Part shown: positions 49,201 through 57,753 of the stretch, piece after piece
How positions within the stretch are numbered: the first letter of the stretch is position 1
Layout of the letters: every line of letters begins with the position of its first letter
Assembly (NCBI GenBank): GCA_964606485.1
Contig: CAZSGP010000002.1
Location: 138,766 to 202,765, forward strand
Source: an uncultured Planctomycetia bacterium
Lineage (GTDB): Bacteria > Omnitrophota > Gorgyraeia > 2-02-FULL-51-18
DNA: 64,000 nucleotides
Direction of reading: 5' to 3'
Notes under the pieces: generated by a model
Database searches by the model: none
What the model saw: only the letters and a program-made list of their open reading frames with translations
Told to the model about the DNA's origin: nothing
Translations under genes and position numbers: made by a program

Positions 49201-52200
49201 CCTCCCGAAACCGTTGATAGGCGTTTAAGGCGAGCCGCGCGCCAATTTTTGATGCTGCTTTGCGACGATAATAGCGGAATCGTTCAGCACGTTTTCGGGC
49301 GTGCCCAATAGCCGACCGCCGCTCAGACAAAGGATTGTAATCGCGGCGCATGTCGGCCATCTTGGATAAAATTCGGGCACTGTGCTTCCAAGAGATGAAT
49401 GTTATTTCCACCCCCATGGCGCGCGCGAATCTTCGAAATTGAATTCTCTCGTTCCTACTACCAATTGGACGGCGCGCCGCCCTCCAAGCCCGCCATGAAT
49501 TCCAGACCATGTCGGAATCAATGGGGCCAACTTTTCCGGCGATCAATCGCCCATCCACCGACCGGATGAAAGTGACTCCAAGCGGCGAAATATGAAAATT
49601 TTGAGTGCCCATATTCACGAAATTAGCGATATCGTGCTCGGAGGGCATTTTGAGCCAATTCACGTTGTATCCCGGGCCCATATTGTGTGTGTGAAAATCA
49701 ATTATAATCCGGCCTTGTTTAGCGAGCTCATTCAATTCACCGGTCAGCTCAACGTTCGTTTTATCTCCCGTGACGAGTAACCATTCGCCGCTGTCGAGAT
49801 AGATGATTTCCACTTCGAAATCAAGATGTAGCATCCAACGCATGTCCGACAAGTTTGGCATGTAACGAATTTGGAATACCCGCTGGCGGCCCGGCCGCAC
49901 TAGTCGCAACGCTTCCCGCAATTTCGCCATCGTTAAAATGGGATAACTGCCTTTTTTAGTAGCTTGTTTTTGCCAAATAGCAACGCTCGAGGAAAGCCGC
50001 GCGCCAAATTTCTCATCGGCCAATCGACGCGCCTCTTTTCGCCGCTCGCGCGTTAAAATACTTCCTCTTTTTGAAATCCAAAAACGGATCACCGAAAATA
50101 AACGGGCCGAGTAGCGGTTCGCCGGACCCACGTAAACGCGATAGGCTAATTTCCGAATAAATTGCCCCGCCGTCATGTCCACCGCGATGTCGCCGCTGGG
50201 AGTTTGAAGAACTGCATAATCATGAACCGGACGATCCTGAATATAAATTCTTTCAATTCTTGAGGGGATATTTAATTCATACAGCGCATCCAGTAACAGT
50301 GCCGTCACCACCTGGCAGAAGCCGCCATCGGGTGCTCCATAAAAAAGAAGGGTCGCGTAACGATCTCTATCCCCTTCTTTCAAAGTTAATCGAAGTTCGC
50401 TGTTGTAGAGCGCCCCAATAAATTTTTTGAGTGCCGGGCCGTGAAGATTCATCGCCTTTCGGACCGATTCCAAGCTAATTTCCTCACTTCTTAATGAAGC
50501 GAACGCAAGAACGATCGACTCTTTGAATAAATCATGCATCAGTCGGTCTGCGTCCAACATGCTTTCGTGTTGTGCGTCACGGTCTGAGGACAATCTAGAA
50601 CCTTCGGAGAGCCGCGCGCCTCCCATTAGGCCTTCCAATAGAGCTACCTTCGTTTTTCCATCATCATAAAGGCGCTTGATGAGCTGGTGTTTTTTGGTAG
50701 TTCGGGCATTGATTTCAGCGATGGTTTCGGGTAAAGCGCCGGGCGCATCTGCCGCCGTCAGTAGCAGCGGCGAGTCGATTCTTTCAAGCTTCGCGCTCCA
50801 AGATTCAGAGGATGCTCTAATTCTATTTAACATCTCCAGATAACGTTCAGCAGCTTGGCGAACACGAACTTTATCTGTTCGGCCATCTTTCGCCAAACGA
50901 ATCAACAAATCCGCAAAAGATAAAAATCTTGCCACACTTTCTGAACTCACCCCAAGATCAGGGTCGATCACCGCGGGTGACGATAGATAAGCTAAATACC
51001 CTTCGGCATCTTCCAGGTCATCCTCATCGAAAAGAGGCGCGGATTCGAAATAGATCCTCATAGCCCGTAGAAGCAAGTAATGACGCCTGAGAATCGTCGC
51101 CTCTTCATCTTCTCCAAATCGCGAAATATCGAGATCAACTGACGCGGCATCGTAACCGAATCTTGCGCTCATTTGATCCAGACTCGGGGCAAGATCGGAC
51201 TGGTTTAAATTTAAAAAAATCCTCTTCACGGTATTAATTCCGGTGGACGAGGAAGCATCTCCCAGCTCACCCCGCTGATATAGATGGAACCAGCGATCAG
51301 CCGAATCATGTGTCAGCGACAACCCTTTTTGGGCCTGAGAAAGAACATCTTCTGGTCTAAGCGCGTCAACCTCACGAAAAACCTTTTCTTTTAAAGGATG
51401 ATCGACCGTAAGAAACGTTTGAATATCCGCGTTCCCGCCAAGATGCCTTAAGATCAGATTGCCCATCCACGGATCGGACAAAAGCGAGCTTTTGACGGCC
51501 AACCGCGCGCCCGACCCGTCTTTTGAAGTATCACCTCTCTCGATGCCTTTTTCACGATCCATAAATTTACTGTCTTTTATAAATTTTTCTACAACGCCAA
51601 ACGTCATTAAAACCGAGGAAAGATCTAAAATAATATCAACGACTATACGGCGAATTTGTCTAGCGCTTCTGGGACGAATCTTCCGAATGCGATCGACGTG
51701 CCCTTCAAACCTAAATATCATTCGGTGCCACAACCGTCTAAAGTCATCAAACATGGCGTACGCAAAACCGCAGGTGGGTCCGGCAAGATAAATAAGCAGA
51801 CACCCCCCAACCCCAAAAATTAGAAAGTCCAGAGAAGCGCCGGATGAGAGGCGCGCGCCGTCTTCACGTACCACCCACTTACTCGGAGCAACGGTGAGAT
51901 CAGCAACAAAATCGACATCGGCTGCCGATTTTTGCGCATACAGCTCCCAAGCTTGGTTCTTTAACTCGATCAACCTTCGGCGAAACTCGATAAACGCGTC
52001 ATCTCCTTTATAGAGCTGCCGAGAACGCTCGACAAATCTCTCCGTGGTTGCGCGCGAATCGCTTTTCAAGCGAACGTGAAGATGAGGTATCGCATCCCGT
52101 TCAAAATTCAATAAATGCGCGCACGTCCAATCCACTAGAAGGACATCGCCTTTTTTAAAGGTAAATTCTTTTGGGCCCATTTTGCGCTCGTTGCGATGAT

Positions 52201-55200
52201 AGGCGTTGGGGACCATAATGCGGGTTTCTTGGGATACGTCTTGATTCAGGAAATGACTGCGCAGCTTGTCAAAAAATCGACTCACCTCTTCAACCTGGTA
52301 AGTGTCTTCGTACTCCGTAGTAAACGGCTTTCCGGCACTCACTATTTTTTTAAAAATAGCTGCTTTTTTTTCGGGATCAATCAGGAATAGGTCTATATCG
52401 AGAGGCTCGTTTGGAGTCGAAACGCCGATCAGTCTGAGAGCGGGCGCGAGAGCGCGTGTTAGCGTCGTTTTTCCGCCGCCCGAAAGACCATCAAAAAATA
52501 CAATACCGCCGGACGGCAAATGTTTTTTGATTTGCCCTGCAAGTTGCTCCGCCAATCTTTTATAAGCTTCAACTTCTTCCGGCGAAATTTGAGCGGACCT
52601 GCCTCGCTCTGCGGCCAGCCGCATATTAAGCTCTGACGAATAAGCGATCTTGCCGTCAGCGGCCAATCTCGACGCCGCCTTTAGCGCTTGATTCAGATAA
52701 GCGATGGCGCGCTTTTGATCGTCCTTTTTAAGCGCATGCAGTCCCAAGATGTGGGATACGGCAAATAAATTTCTTTGTGGGAAAAGCTCCTGAATCAAAA
52801 TCGCCACATCGAAATAGTCATCGGTGCGAATCGAGTTGTCGTCCTTGAGCAGAGAAAAAATAACCGCTAAATCTTCAAGCGCCACATTCCCCGTTTTTTC
52901 TTTGGCGTCGGCTGAGCCGCCGATTCCGCCAATTGAGCCGTCAAAATGCGTCATTCCCTCTTCGAGAGCGACGAGAACATTCACGAGGCCCAAACCGTGA
53001 TCGTGCAAATGCCACCCGAATTCCAAACCTTCAAACGGCCCGCCCTTTTTATTTCTTTTCAAGACAAACCGTGAAAATTTCCGAATATCCTCAGGCTTTG
53101 CCCTTCCGGAAGTATCGCTCAGCCAAATTTTTGTGACCCCATTGTCCCGGAGCGCCCTGATATTGGCGGCCAGCATTTTAAAAGTAACCTTCTCTTTGCT
53201 GTAAGAGGGAATCGCCGAAATATAACCGTGCTTTTCGATCGAATGCCCAGTTTCCCGTTCATAGCCGGCAATCTCGTTCAGCATGGGGACCACTTTCGCC
53301 GTAAAATCCTCCAGCGGGCTCTTGTCGATTCTGGCTGCCCGCTCCATTTTTTTTGCCATTTTTTCCTTCAGCTTAGCTTTCTCGTCAGCGCCAGTCTCGA
53401 TAGCAATGCTTTTTTCTAATTCTTTAATATAGCGCTCGGAAACTTGTTGATTGTCTTTTAGATACTCCTTCGAGGCCGACGTCCACACCGCGATCGCTTG
53501 AGGTCGAGCGTCGCTCTCACGCAATTTGCTCCAGGATTCTTGATTGAACAGCAAATGGCGCACCGTCGGCACTTCGTGATCTTTGCGATATTCGGCTAGC
53601 CATCTGGCAAATTCAGGAGAATCTGCCATCGATGCATAGACCCCGAACGAAGTCGCTTCGAGCGGAAGACCAAGCTTAAACAAAAGCTTCGCGAGTTTTT
53701 TCTTAGATTCGGTGGTTAGAATCGGCTTCAGGCTTTGAATGCCGTCCCGCAGGGTGTCGTCGCTGATGTAAATTTTATTTATGTTCAGGATTTTTTTAAC
53801 TTTTTCTAAATCCACTCCGGAAGCGTTGAGTTTCGAAATAAATTCGTCAATCCGCGCTTTGATATCATCAAACTCTACGGTCTCCGCTAGCCTCGTAGCT
53901 TGAATTTTTAGCTCTTCTGCGGAAATTTCAACCACCGTCTGGTTATTAAAACGAGTATCGAGCAGCGAGCGAATGCTGTCCCAACTGAGAAGAATATCAG
54001 GGTAATCCGTTCGATCAGGTTTTTGAGTGCGGATACCCACACTCTCCGACGTCGCAACGATCATCGCTTTCTGCGCAGAACTTTTCATCGGTCGCTCAAT
54101 CATCAACATGCGCGCGTTTTTAGACTTGAGGGCCGCTTCGAGCTTCGGCATCATGCCAACAATAAGCGCTCGTGTATCTGCGCGAAAACTGCTGATTAGA
54201 ATTTTTGGGGCGGGACTAGGCAAGCTGTCAGCGGCCTCTATGATTTCTTGCGCTTTGATCGCCAAATAGTCGTCCGATGCTGGAGCTTTACTGGGAAGTA
54301 AATGCTGGTGTAAAACCGTTCCCTGAGTCGCGCGGCCCTTCTCCAGCGAAACAGCTACAGCTCCCTGACAATTGAACAATCCGCCTGTCGCAAGCATCGT
54401 CCGGTCATTCAACTCCCCGGAAATCATCGCAGACTTTTCAGGAGAGCCAAATTCCGCGTTCAATATTTTGAAACCCTGGTCACGGTAAACATTAGTCTCC
54501 GCTCTCATAAACGGTGCTTTCTCCCGAAACCGTTGATAAGCATTTAAGGCGAGGCGGGCGCCATCTCCACCTTTTTGTTGACCACTCACCACCTCCGGAG
54601 TGGAAATGGGTAGTTTCTCGAAATCATTTCGAAGAAGCCCAACTGTATCGCGCCCCATCAACCCTGCGTCCATCACGGACACGGTCTGAAGCATGCTCGC
54701 CGGAACGCTTAAAAACTTTGGAGTGGAATTCGACCCCAAAAGAATCTGCTCGTACCGCTTTTGATTGGTTTCGTGCAGGACCTGAGGGCGAAGTGAAATG
54801 TAGGAAATATTTTTAGAACGCAGAATCGACTTGAGATTGGCGGTGTGATAGCCGCCTGTGATCAAAACTGATAACAGCGGGTCCTGCCGGCGGTTGTCCG
54901 TTCGAAAGCCACCTTCGGTGTTTTCGAGACGGACGCCTACCGCCGTCACCCGCTGCTGCTCAGCTTGATTCAGCATATTCTCAATAAATTTTTCATCGCG
55001 CTTAAGTGTTAGTGTGTAAAACGCTTCCGCGCTTGTAACGATTTCGTCGAAACCCGGCTCAAGGAAGGCGGCGTGTTCATAAAATTGCTTCTGTTCCATG
55101 ATTTTTAAGTTCAGAAATCCGGTCAGCGGCTTGATGCTGTCGCCTGCTTTTTTGAATTCAGCGTATTCTTCAGGCGTTAGCTGAAAGTTAAACAGCTTTC

Positions 55201-56197
55201 GGTAAAAATAAAGCGTTCGGACAGAACGAAGCAAGTTTTGCTCATCCGGCGTTTGAGCCAAACTTTGAAAGACTTCATTTTCCATAGCCTTCTGCTCGGT
55301 CATTAAGTCTGAATAATTCAACGCCTTCGACGAACGAATGATTCTTTCGAGGATTGTCTTCTGATGCTTCGGGGAAACCTTGAGACGATCCAGCTTCTTC
55401 TCGAGTGCTTTTAGTTTTTGGAGGCGTTTGAAATTCGGATAACGACCCTTGATGGGCTGACTCATCAGAATATCCGCGTAAACCACGAAGGAGGTTTCGC
55501 CTTTACGGTATTTCTCGTAAGAGTTTTCAAAGGATAAAAGGACAGGGTTTAGAATCCGGGGTTTCAGCACTTCAATCGTATTCTGAATTTTATCGAGATA
55601 ACTTTCAAAGCGTCCGCGCTCACTAGCCACACCGCGATACAGTTCTAGCGCTTGCCGGTATAAATCTTTGTCCTCTACGCCCCATAACTGAAAGTCGTGG
55701 TCAGATATAAGGTCTAAATATTCTTCGCCGTGAATCAGCCCCTTTTGAAGATAACTTCTGGCAATATTTTTTCTTTGCTCGGTGCTTCCGTATTGACGCA
55801 AGAAGGAAAGCGAGTCGTTTCCGAAGCCGCCTTCGACGAAAACCTGGATCTTATCGTCATTCCTGCGCAAGCGGGAATCTAATCGCTCTGATCCCCGCCT
55901 ACGCGGGGATGACTGGATATTTTTCGCCAAAATTAGATCAAGCGACTTCGCAAGATTGAGCTGTCCTGAAGGATTGGTGTGCGCATCCTGTAAGAGGATG
56001 ACGATCTGCGGACCACCATGCCACGCATCTTCCACAGTTGCCATCGAAGAAGGAATTGAAGGTAAAACGCTTTCAGCCCATTTCGCGCTTTGAAATTGCT
56101 GGAATTTCAGGAAGTCAAAACTTTTGGAATCAGGGTTCGCAAAACTTAAATCCTGCAGAAAAAAAGTAAAAACGAGCCCCAAGGAAATGGCTTTCAT
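46262..56197 (-). CDS. giant (3311 aa) multidomain membrane-associated protein of unknown function
   Basis: An uninterrupted 9,936-nt ORF. It has a signal-peptide-like N-terminus, a duplicated ~220-aa domain, a DRE-TIM/HMGL-like domain (DTLRDGIQS, DTSGRAKPEDI, HLHDHGLG...DGSIGGIGG), a P-loop motif (GLSGGGKTT), TM helices near aa ~1470 and ~1530, a TM bundle at aa ~2540-2760 with HELFHH, an in-frame 75-nt repeat insertion, and a recurrent GARL(A/S) motif. Confidence 0.75.
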   Translation of the reverse strand: MKAISLGLVFTFFLQDLSFANPDSKSFDFLKFQQFQSAKWAESVLPSIPSSMATVEDAWHGGPQIVILLQDAHTNPSGQLNLAKSLDLILAKNIQSSPRRRGSERLDSRLRRNDDKIQVFVEGGFGNDSLSFLRQYGSTEQRKNIARSYLQKGLIHGEEYLDLISDHDFQLWGVEDKDLYRQALELYRGVASERGRFESYLDKIQNTIEVLKPRILNPVLLSFENSYEKYRKGETSFVVYADILMSQPIKGRYPNFKRLQKLKALEKKLDRLKVSPKHQKTILERIIRSSKALNYSDLMTEQKAMENEVFQSLAQTPDEQNLLRSVRTLYFYRKLFNFQLTPEEYAEFKKAGDSIKPLTGFLNLKIMEQKQFYEHAAFLEPGFDEIVTSAEAFYTLTLKRDEKFIENMLNQAEQQRVTAVGVRLENTEGGFRTDNRRQDPLLSVLITGGYHTANLKSILRSKNISYISLRPQVLHETNQKRYEQILLGSNSTPKFLSVPASMLQTVSVMDAGLMGRDTVGLLRNDFEKLPISTPEVVSGQQKGGDGARLALNAYQRFREKAPFMRAETNVYRDQGFKILNAEFGSPEKSAMISGELNDRTMLATGGLFNCQGAVAVSLEKGRATQGTVLHQHLLPSKAPASDDYLAIKAQEIIEAADSLPSPAPKILISSFRADTRALIVGMMPKLEAALKSKNARMLMIERPMKSSAQKAMIVATSESVGIRTQKPDRTDYPDILLSWDSIRSLLDTRFNNQTVVEISAEELKIQATRLAETVEFDDIKARIDEFISKLNASGVDLEKVKKILNINKIYISDDTLRDGIQSLKPILTTESKKKLAKLLFKLGLPLEATSFGVYASMADSPEFARWLAEYRKDHEVPTVRHLLFNQESWSKLRESDARPQAIAVWTSASKEYLKDNQQVSERYIKELEKSIAIETGADEKAKLKEKMAKKMERAARIDKSPLEDFTAKVVPMLNEIAGYERETGHSIEKHGYISAIPSYSKEKVTFKMLAANIRALRDNGVTKIWLSDTSGRAKPEDIRKFSRFVLKRNKKGGPFEGLEFGWHLHDHGLGLVNVLVALEEGMTHFDGSIGGIGGSADAKEKTGNVALEDLAVIFSLLKDDNSIRTDDYFDVAILIQELFPQRNLFAVSHILGLHALKKDDQKRAIAYLNQALKAASRLAADGKIAYSSELNMRLAAERGRSAQISPEEVEAYKRLAEQLAGQIKKHLPSGGIVFFDGLSGGGKTTLTRALAPALRLIGVSTPNEPLDIDLFLIDPEKKAAIFKKIVSAGKPFTTEYEDTYQVEEVSRFFDKLRSHFLNQDVSQETRIMVPNAYHRNERKMGPKEFTFKKGDVLLVDWTCAHLLNFERDAIPHLHVRLKSDSRATTERFVERSRQLYKGDDAFIEFRRRLIELKNQAWELYAQKSAADVDFVADLTVAPSKWVVREDGARLSSGASLDFLIFGVGGCLLIYLAGPTCGFAYAMFDDFRRLWHRMIFRFEGHVDRIRKIRPRSARQIRRIVVDIILDLSSVLMTFGVVEKFIKDSKFMDREKGIERGDTSKDGSGARLAVKSSLLSDPWMGNLILRHLGGNADIQTFLTVDHPLKEKVFREVDALRPEDVLSQAQKGLSLTHDSADRWFHLYQRGELGDASSSTGINTVKRIFLNLNQSDLAPSLDQMSARFGYDAASVDLDISRFGEDEEATILRRHYLLLRAMRIYFESAPLFDEDDLEDAEGYLAYLSSPAVIDPDLGVSSESVARFLSFADLLIRLAKDGRTDKVRVRQAAERYLEMLNRIRASSESWSAKLERIDSPLLLTAADAPGALPETIAEINARTTKKHQLIKRLYDDGKTKVALLEGLMGGARLSEGSRLSSDRDAQHESMLDADRLMHDLFKESIVLAFASLRSEEISLESVRKAMNLHGPALKKFIGALYNSELRLTLKEGDRDRYATLLFYGAPDGGFCQVVTALLLDALYELNIPSRIERIYIQDRPVHDYAVLQTPSGDIAVDMTAGQFIRKLAYRVYVGPANRYSARLFSVIRFWISKRGSILTRERRKEARRLADEKFGARLSSSVAIWQKQATKKGSYPILTMAKLREALRLVRPGRQRVFQIRYMPNLSDMRWMLHLDFEVEIIYLDSGEWLLVTGDKTNVELTGELNELAKQGRIIIDFHTHNMGPGYNVNWLKMPSEHDIANFVNMGTQNFHISPLGVTFIRSVDGRLIAGKVGPIDSDMVWNSWRAWRAARRPIGSRNERIQFRRFARAMGVEITFISWKHSARILSKMADMRRDYNPLSERRSAIGHARKRAERFRYYRRKAASKIGARLALNAYQRFREEAPFMRVATDVYRGQGFKILNAEFGSPEKSAMISGELNSHTMLATGGLFNCQGIVAVSLEKGRAPQGAVLHQHLLPNKAPVLDDYSAAKAREIIEAIDSLPATTPKILVSSFRADTRAIIVGIMPKLEAALKSKNARKLMIERPMKSSAQKAMIVATSESVGIRYQRPDRTDYPDILLSWDSICSLLDTRFNNQTVVEVSAEELFALRSGQRAQGARLAYEYLANAAAMLPLHALIVKKALNAENDWQWRKLIFFVVGFSFVFDPYFGYYLPLNAISFFCHELFHHIPVFLMGGISAVGFNPEATAFAGILNQAVLWVPGVVAHVDPPGAASGYTLPVFGHHLPRFSVFLCGILPFSMGVAIPIGLLRTGIWNQRPWIALFAQGLAIYWLFLGNITWALSDLHQLSFVFKLQAYQSLLTAYGLGFVIYFMADTAIHRIPAAFKKISDIWSESDKESQSGARLADSDGSSVTQIPQRLKQFWIDYAVILRLPGLAAAFIPKRNLAGISFKGVVQGEQVRRAWRLKIAEEWTRLQPEARDYFSREVIGKFLNDKIEKAALLRALDAELSKAQDAEIDQMLERDFSRVIEKFSGVFIESDFTLASMSEHIKYLAAVVRTLPEPVRQSLEPDLKIIREGFANGGVKLAILRSFKNKLNNKQVLIRKRSEFRGQSYIFHRAKLLLHHYLKEHRQSAAARLAKEQVGRKILPEETVIFVACVRQATEEKSAKLVLGALELDYVDNGDATLTLNGSQKVNWKKITGSAQAERVQIQMPMADFKMLYEQNNLALADLKQGQGEAAGIVDLDQFGPTLKGFDEIILPILIREMSLAKKDAKFILRSTDTQLIEKVKKRIEAMEPSLLDNLVEDGTDLGDIPAALLTTPGGVLDPKTIPAYHKTLEEGDIPNFRAQIRIGLKRARMRKMDDQNFADIFSLMRRLTGHEIQNASDLDNPELSAIPALAKLTLNQAFSAARLADRLIRQAA
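48612..49245 (-). repeat. intragenic duplication, unit B (~640 bp) within the giant ORF
   Basis: Paralogous to 53925..54565. Encodes the second copy of the ~220-aa domain, immediately N-terminal of the HExxH transmembrane domain. Confidence 0.85.
53925..54565 (-). repeat. intragenic duplication, unit A (~640 bp) within the giant ORF
   Basis: About 88-90% nucleotide identity to 48612..49245. Encodes GARLALNAYQRF...MLATGGLFNCQG...VVEISAEEL. Confidence 0.85.
54879..54951 (+). repeat. 75-nt palindromic repeat element, copy 3 (in-frame insertion inside the giant ORF)
   Basis: The same core, with the complementary flank cagcggg/cccgctg. In the host frame it reads RVTAVGVRLENTEGGFRTDNRRQDP. Confidence 0.85.
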
Positions 56198-56199
56198 AA

Positions 56200-56394
56200 A
56201 AAAACCATACCGCCTTTTAGTCTTTGATTTTAAATCGGTTATGAAACTCGAGATAATTTACCCCTTGGGTTTTAGACACTCAAAATTTACACGAGTCAGG
56301 AGGGAAATTCAAACTTTTAGAACTATAATAATTTATTAAAATTTATTAAATAATAACAACTTCTAATTAGAATTTTTAAAAAAATAAATGGGGA
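56200..56394 (-). promoter_or_regulatory. AT-rich putative promoter region of the giant gene
   Basis: About 190-bp spacer with >75% A+T, containing direct repeats aatttattaaa x2 and TTGACA/TATAAT-like hexamers. No specific element is resolvable by eye. Confidence 0.3.
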
Positions 56395-57753
56395 TTATTC
56401 GATAGGGATTAAAATGGGTTCAGAACCGTATTGACTCCGGGTGTCAGCCGATAAAACGGTTAATTGAATACAGGCTTTTGAGGTCTCGTATTCGGGCTGG
56501 CCCAAGCCCATGTCCATAACGGGCCGGCGAACCACACTCCCGTTGATTAAAAAATCATCTTCAGCGGATTGCCCGGGTTCGATCGTGATCGAATCAACGG
56601 ACGTATATACACCCATGATACTTCCCATCGAAAAATAAAAAGGGCCATCCTGTCCCTCGCCGGACCAGTTAAGTTTTCCATTGGGCTTAAATAGATGGAT
56701 CGATTCGGATCCGCTATTCGCTAGCCGCGCATGAAAAGAGTAAACGCCCGGCGACGAAATACCTTTGAAATCAAGCGTGATATTCAACCCTTCTCTCTGA
56801 TAAGTTGAGGCAACGGTGATGCGATTGCTCCACACCGGCTTTTCATAACCTTTGCGGTAAAAACCAAGGCGAAAACTCTTGAATGTTTGTAAACGCAAAT
56901 TTGCCGCCATGGAATCCATGGGATGCGAATATGAAAAAAGAAGCTCTCCTTCAAAAGGCTTTCCCGGAACGAGCTCCATCTGGTCTTCCCCCCGCTGCCC
57001 CCACGGAATCGAAGCGACATGGCCCGTCGAAACCCAGGGTTCATAACCGGGTGTATTCATGAGTCCTTCGGTCGTAAGCGTAAGGGGTTCACCACCCTTA
57101 TTCGACACGCGGTAGCGCGCGACATGCATGGGCACATTCTGCATTGACGCGGTTTTTTTGACGGACAAAATCTCAAGTGTAATGACTGGATCCTCGGCCT
57201 CATCTAGCGGATAGATGATTAGCGCTTCGTCGGGATCCTGCGGTAAAATTTTGGTCTGCGCCAGCGCCTCAATCCGATCTACGGCTTTAGACATCAGGAT
57301 TTTTAAATCCTCCAAATTTTTAAATTCTATCGAGTTTAAATTTTTGAGAGTCGAGCGGCTAGAAAAAATTTTAAGTCCTCTATTGGCACTCAAAAAAATG
57401 CGGTCATCATCAACGTTCAATCCGACAACGCCATACAAACCTCCGAATGAAGTGCTGAAAAATCCTCCGAACATTCGGTAATCCCGGATTTTTTGGTATA
57501 GATTACCCAATGATTTCTGGTCTAAAACTGCTGTCTTCTCGTCTTGTGTGACAACGAGGCTGTAGATATTCTTATCGGGATCAAACACGACAAAAGCGCC
57601 AATAGGGTTTGGTTTTCCAGGAAGCACTTCAAAGGATTCGATTGTCCGTGCTTTAGGACCTACGATTTTTGAAAAATCAGGCGAGTCTGCGTAAGAAAAC
57701 GGCGCTAATAATAAAACCCACAAAACCAAAAAAGCTTTTGGTTTTATTCCCAT
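56395..57753 (-). CDS. secreted hypothetical protein (signal peptide, no recognisable domain)
   Basis: 452 aa. The N-terminus [27 protein letters not shown] is signal-peptide-like. No motif recognised. Lies directly upstream of the giant gene on the same strand. Confidence 0.6.
   Translation of the reverse strand: MGIKPKAFLVLWVLLLAPFSYADSPDFSKIVGPKARTIESFEVLPGKPNPIGAFVVFDPDKNIYSLVVTQDEKTAVLDQKSLGNLYQKIRDYRMFGGFFSTSFGGLYGVVGLNVDDDRIFLSANRGLKIFSSRSTLKNLNSIEFKNLEDLKILMSKAVDRIEALAQTKILPQDPDEALIIYPLDEAEDPVITLEILSVKKTASMQNVPMHVARYRVSNKGGEPLTLTTEGLMNTPGYEPWVSTGHVASIPWGQRGEDQMELVPGKPFEGELLFSYSHPMDSMAANLRLQTFKSFRLGFYRKGYEKPVWSNRITVASTYQREGLNITLDFKGISSPGVYSFHARLANSGSESIHLFKPNGKLNWSGEGQDGPFYFSMGSIMGVYTSVDSITIEPGQSAEDDFLINGSVVRRPVMDMGLGQPEYETSKACIQLTVLSADTRSQYGSEPILIPIE

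Noticed and set aside
46262-56197. Giant ORF as an NRPS/PKS megasynthase or RHS/YD-repeat toxin
   Set aside because: There are no adenylation (e.g. SGTTGxPKG), condensation (HHxxxDG), KS (DTACSSS) or carrier (GGHSL/DSL) motifs, and no YD repeats. The recognisable parts are HMGL-like, P-loop kinase-like and HExxH-TM instead.
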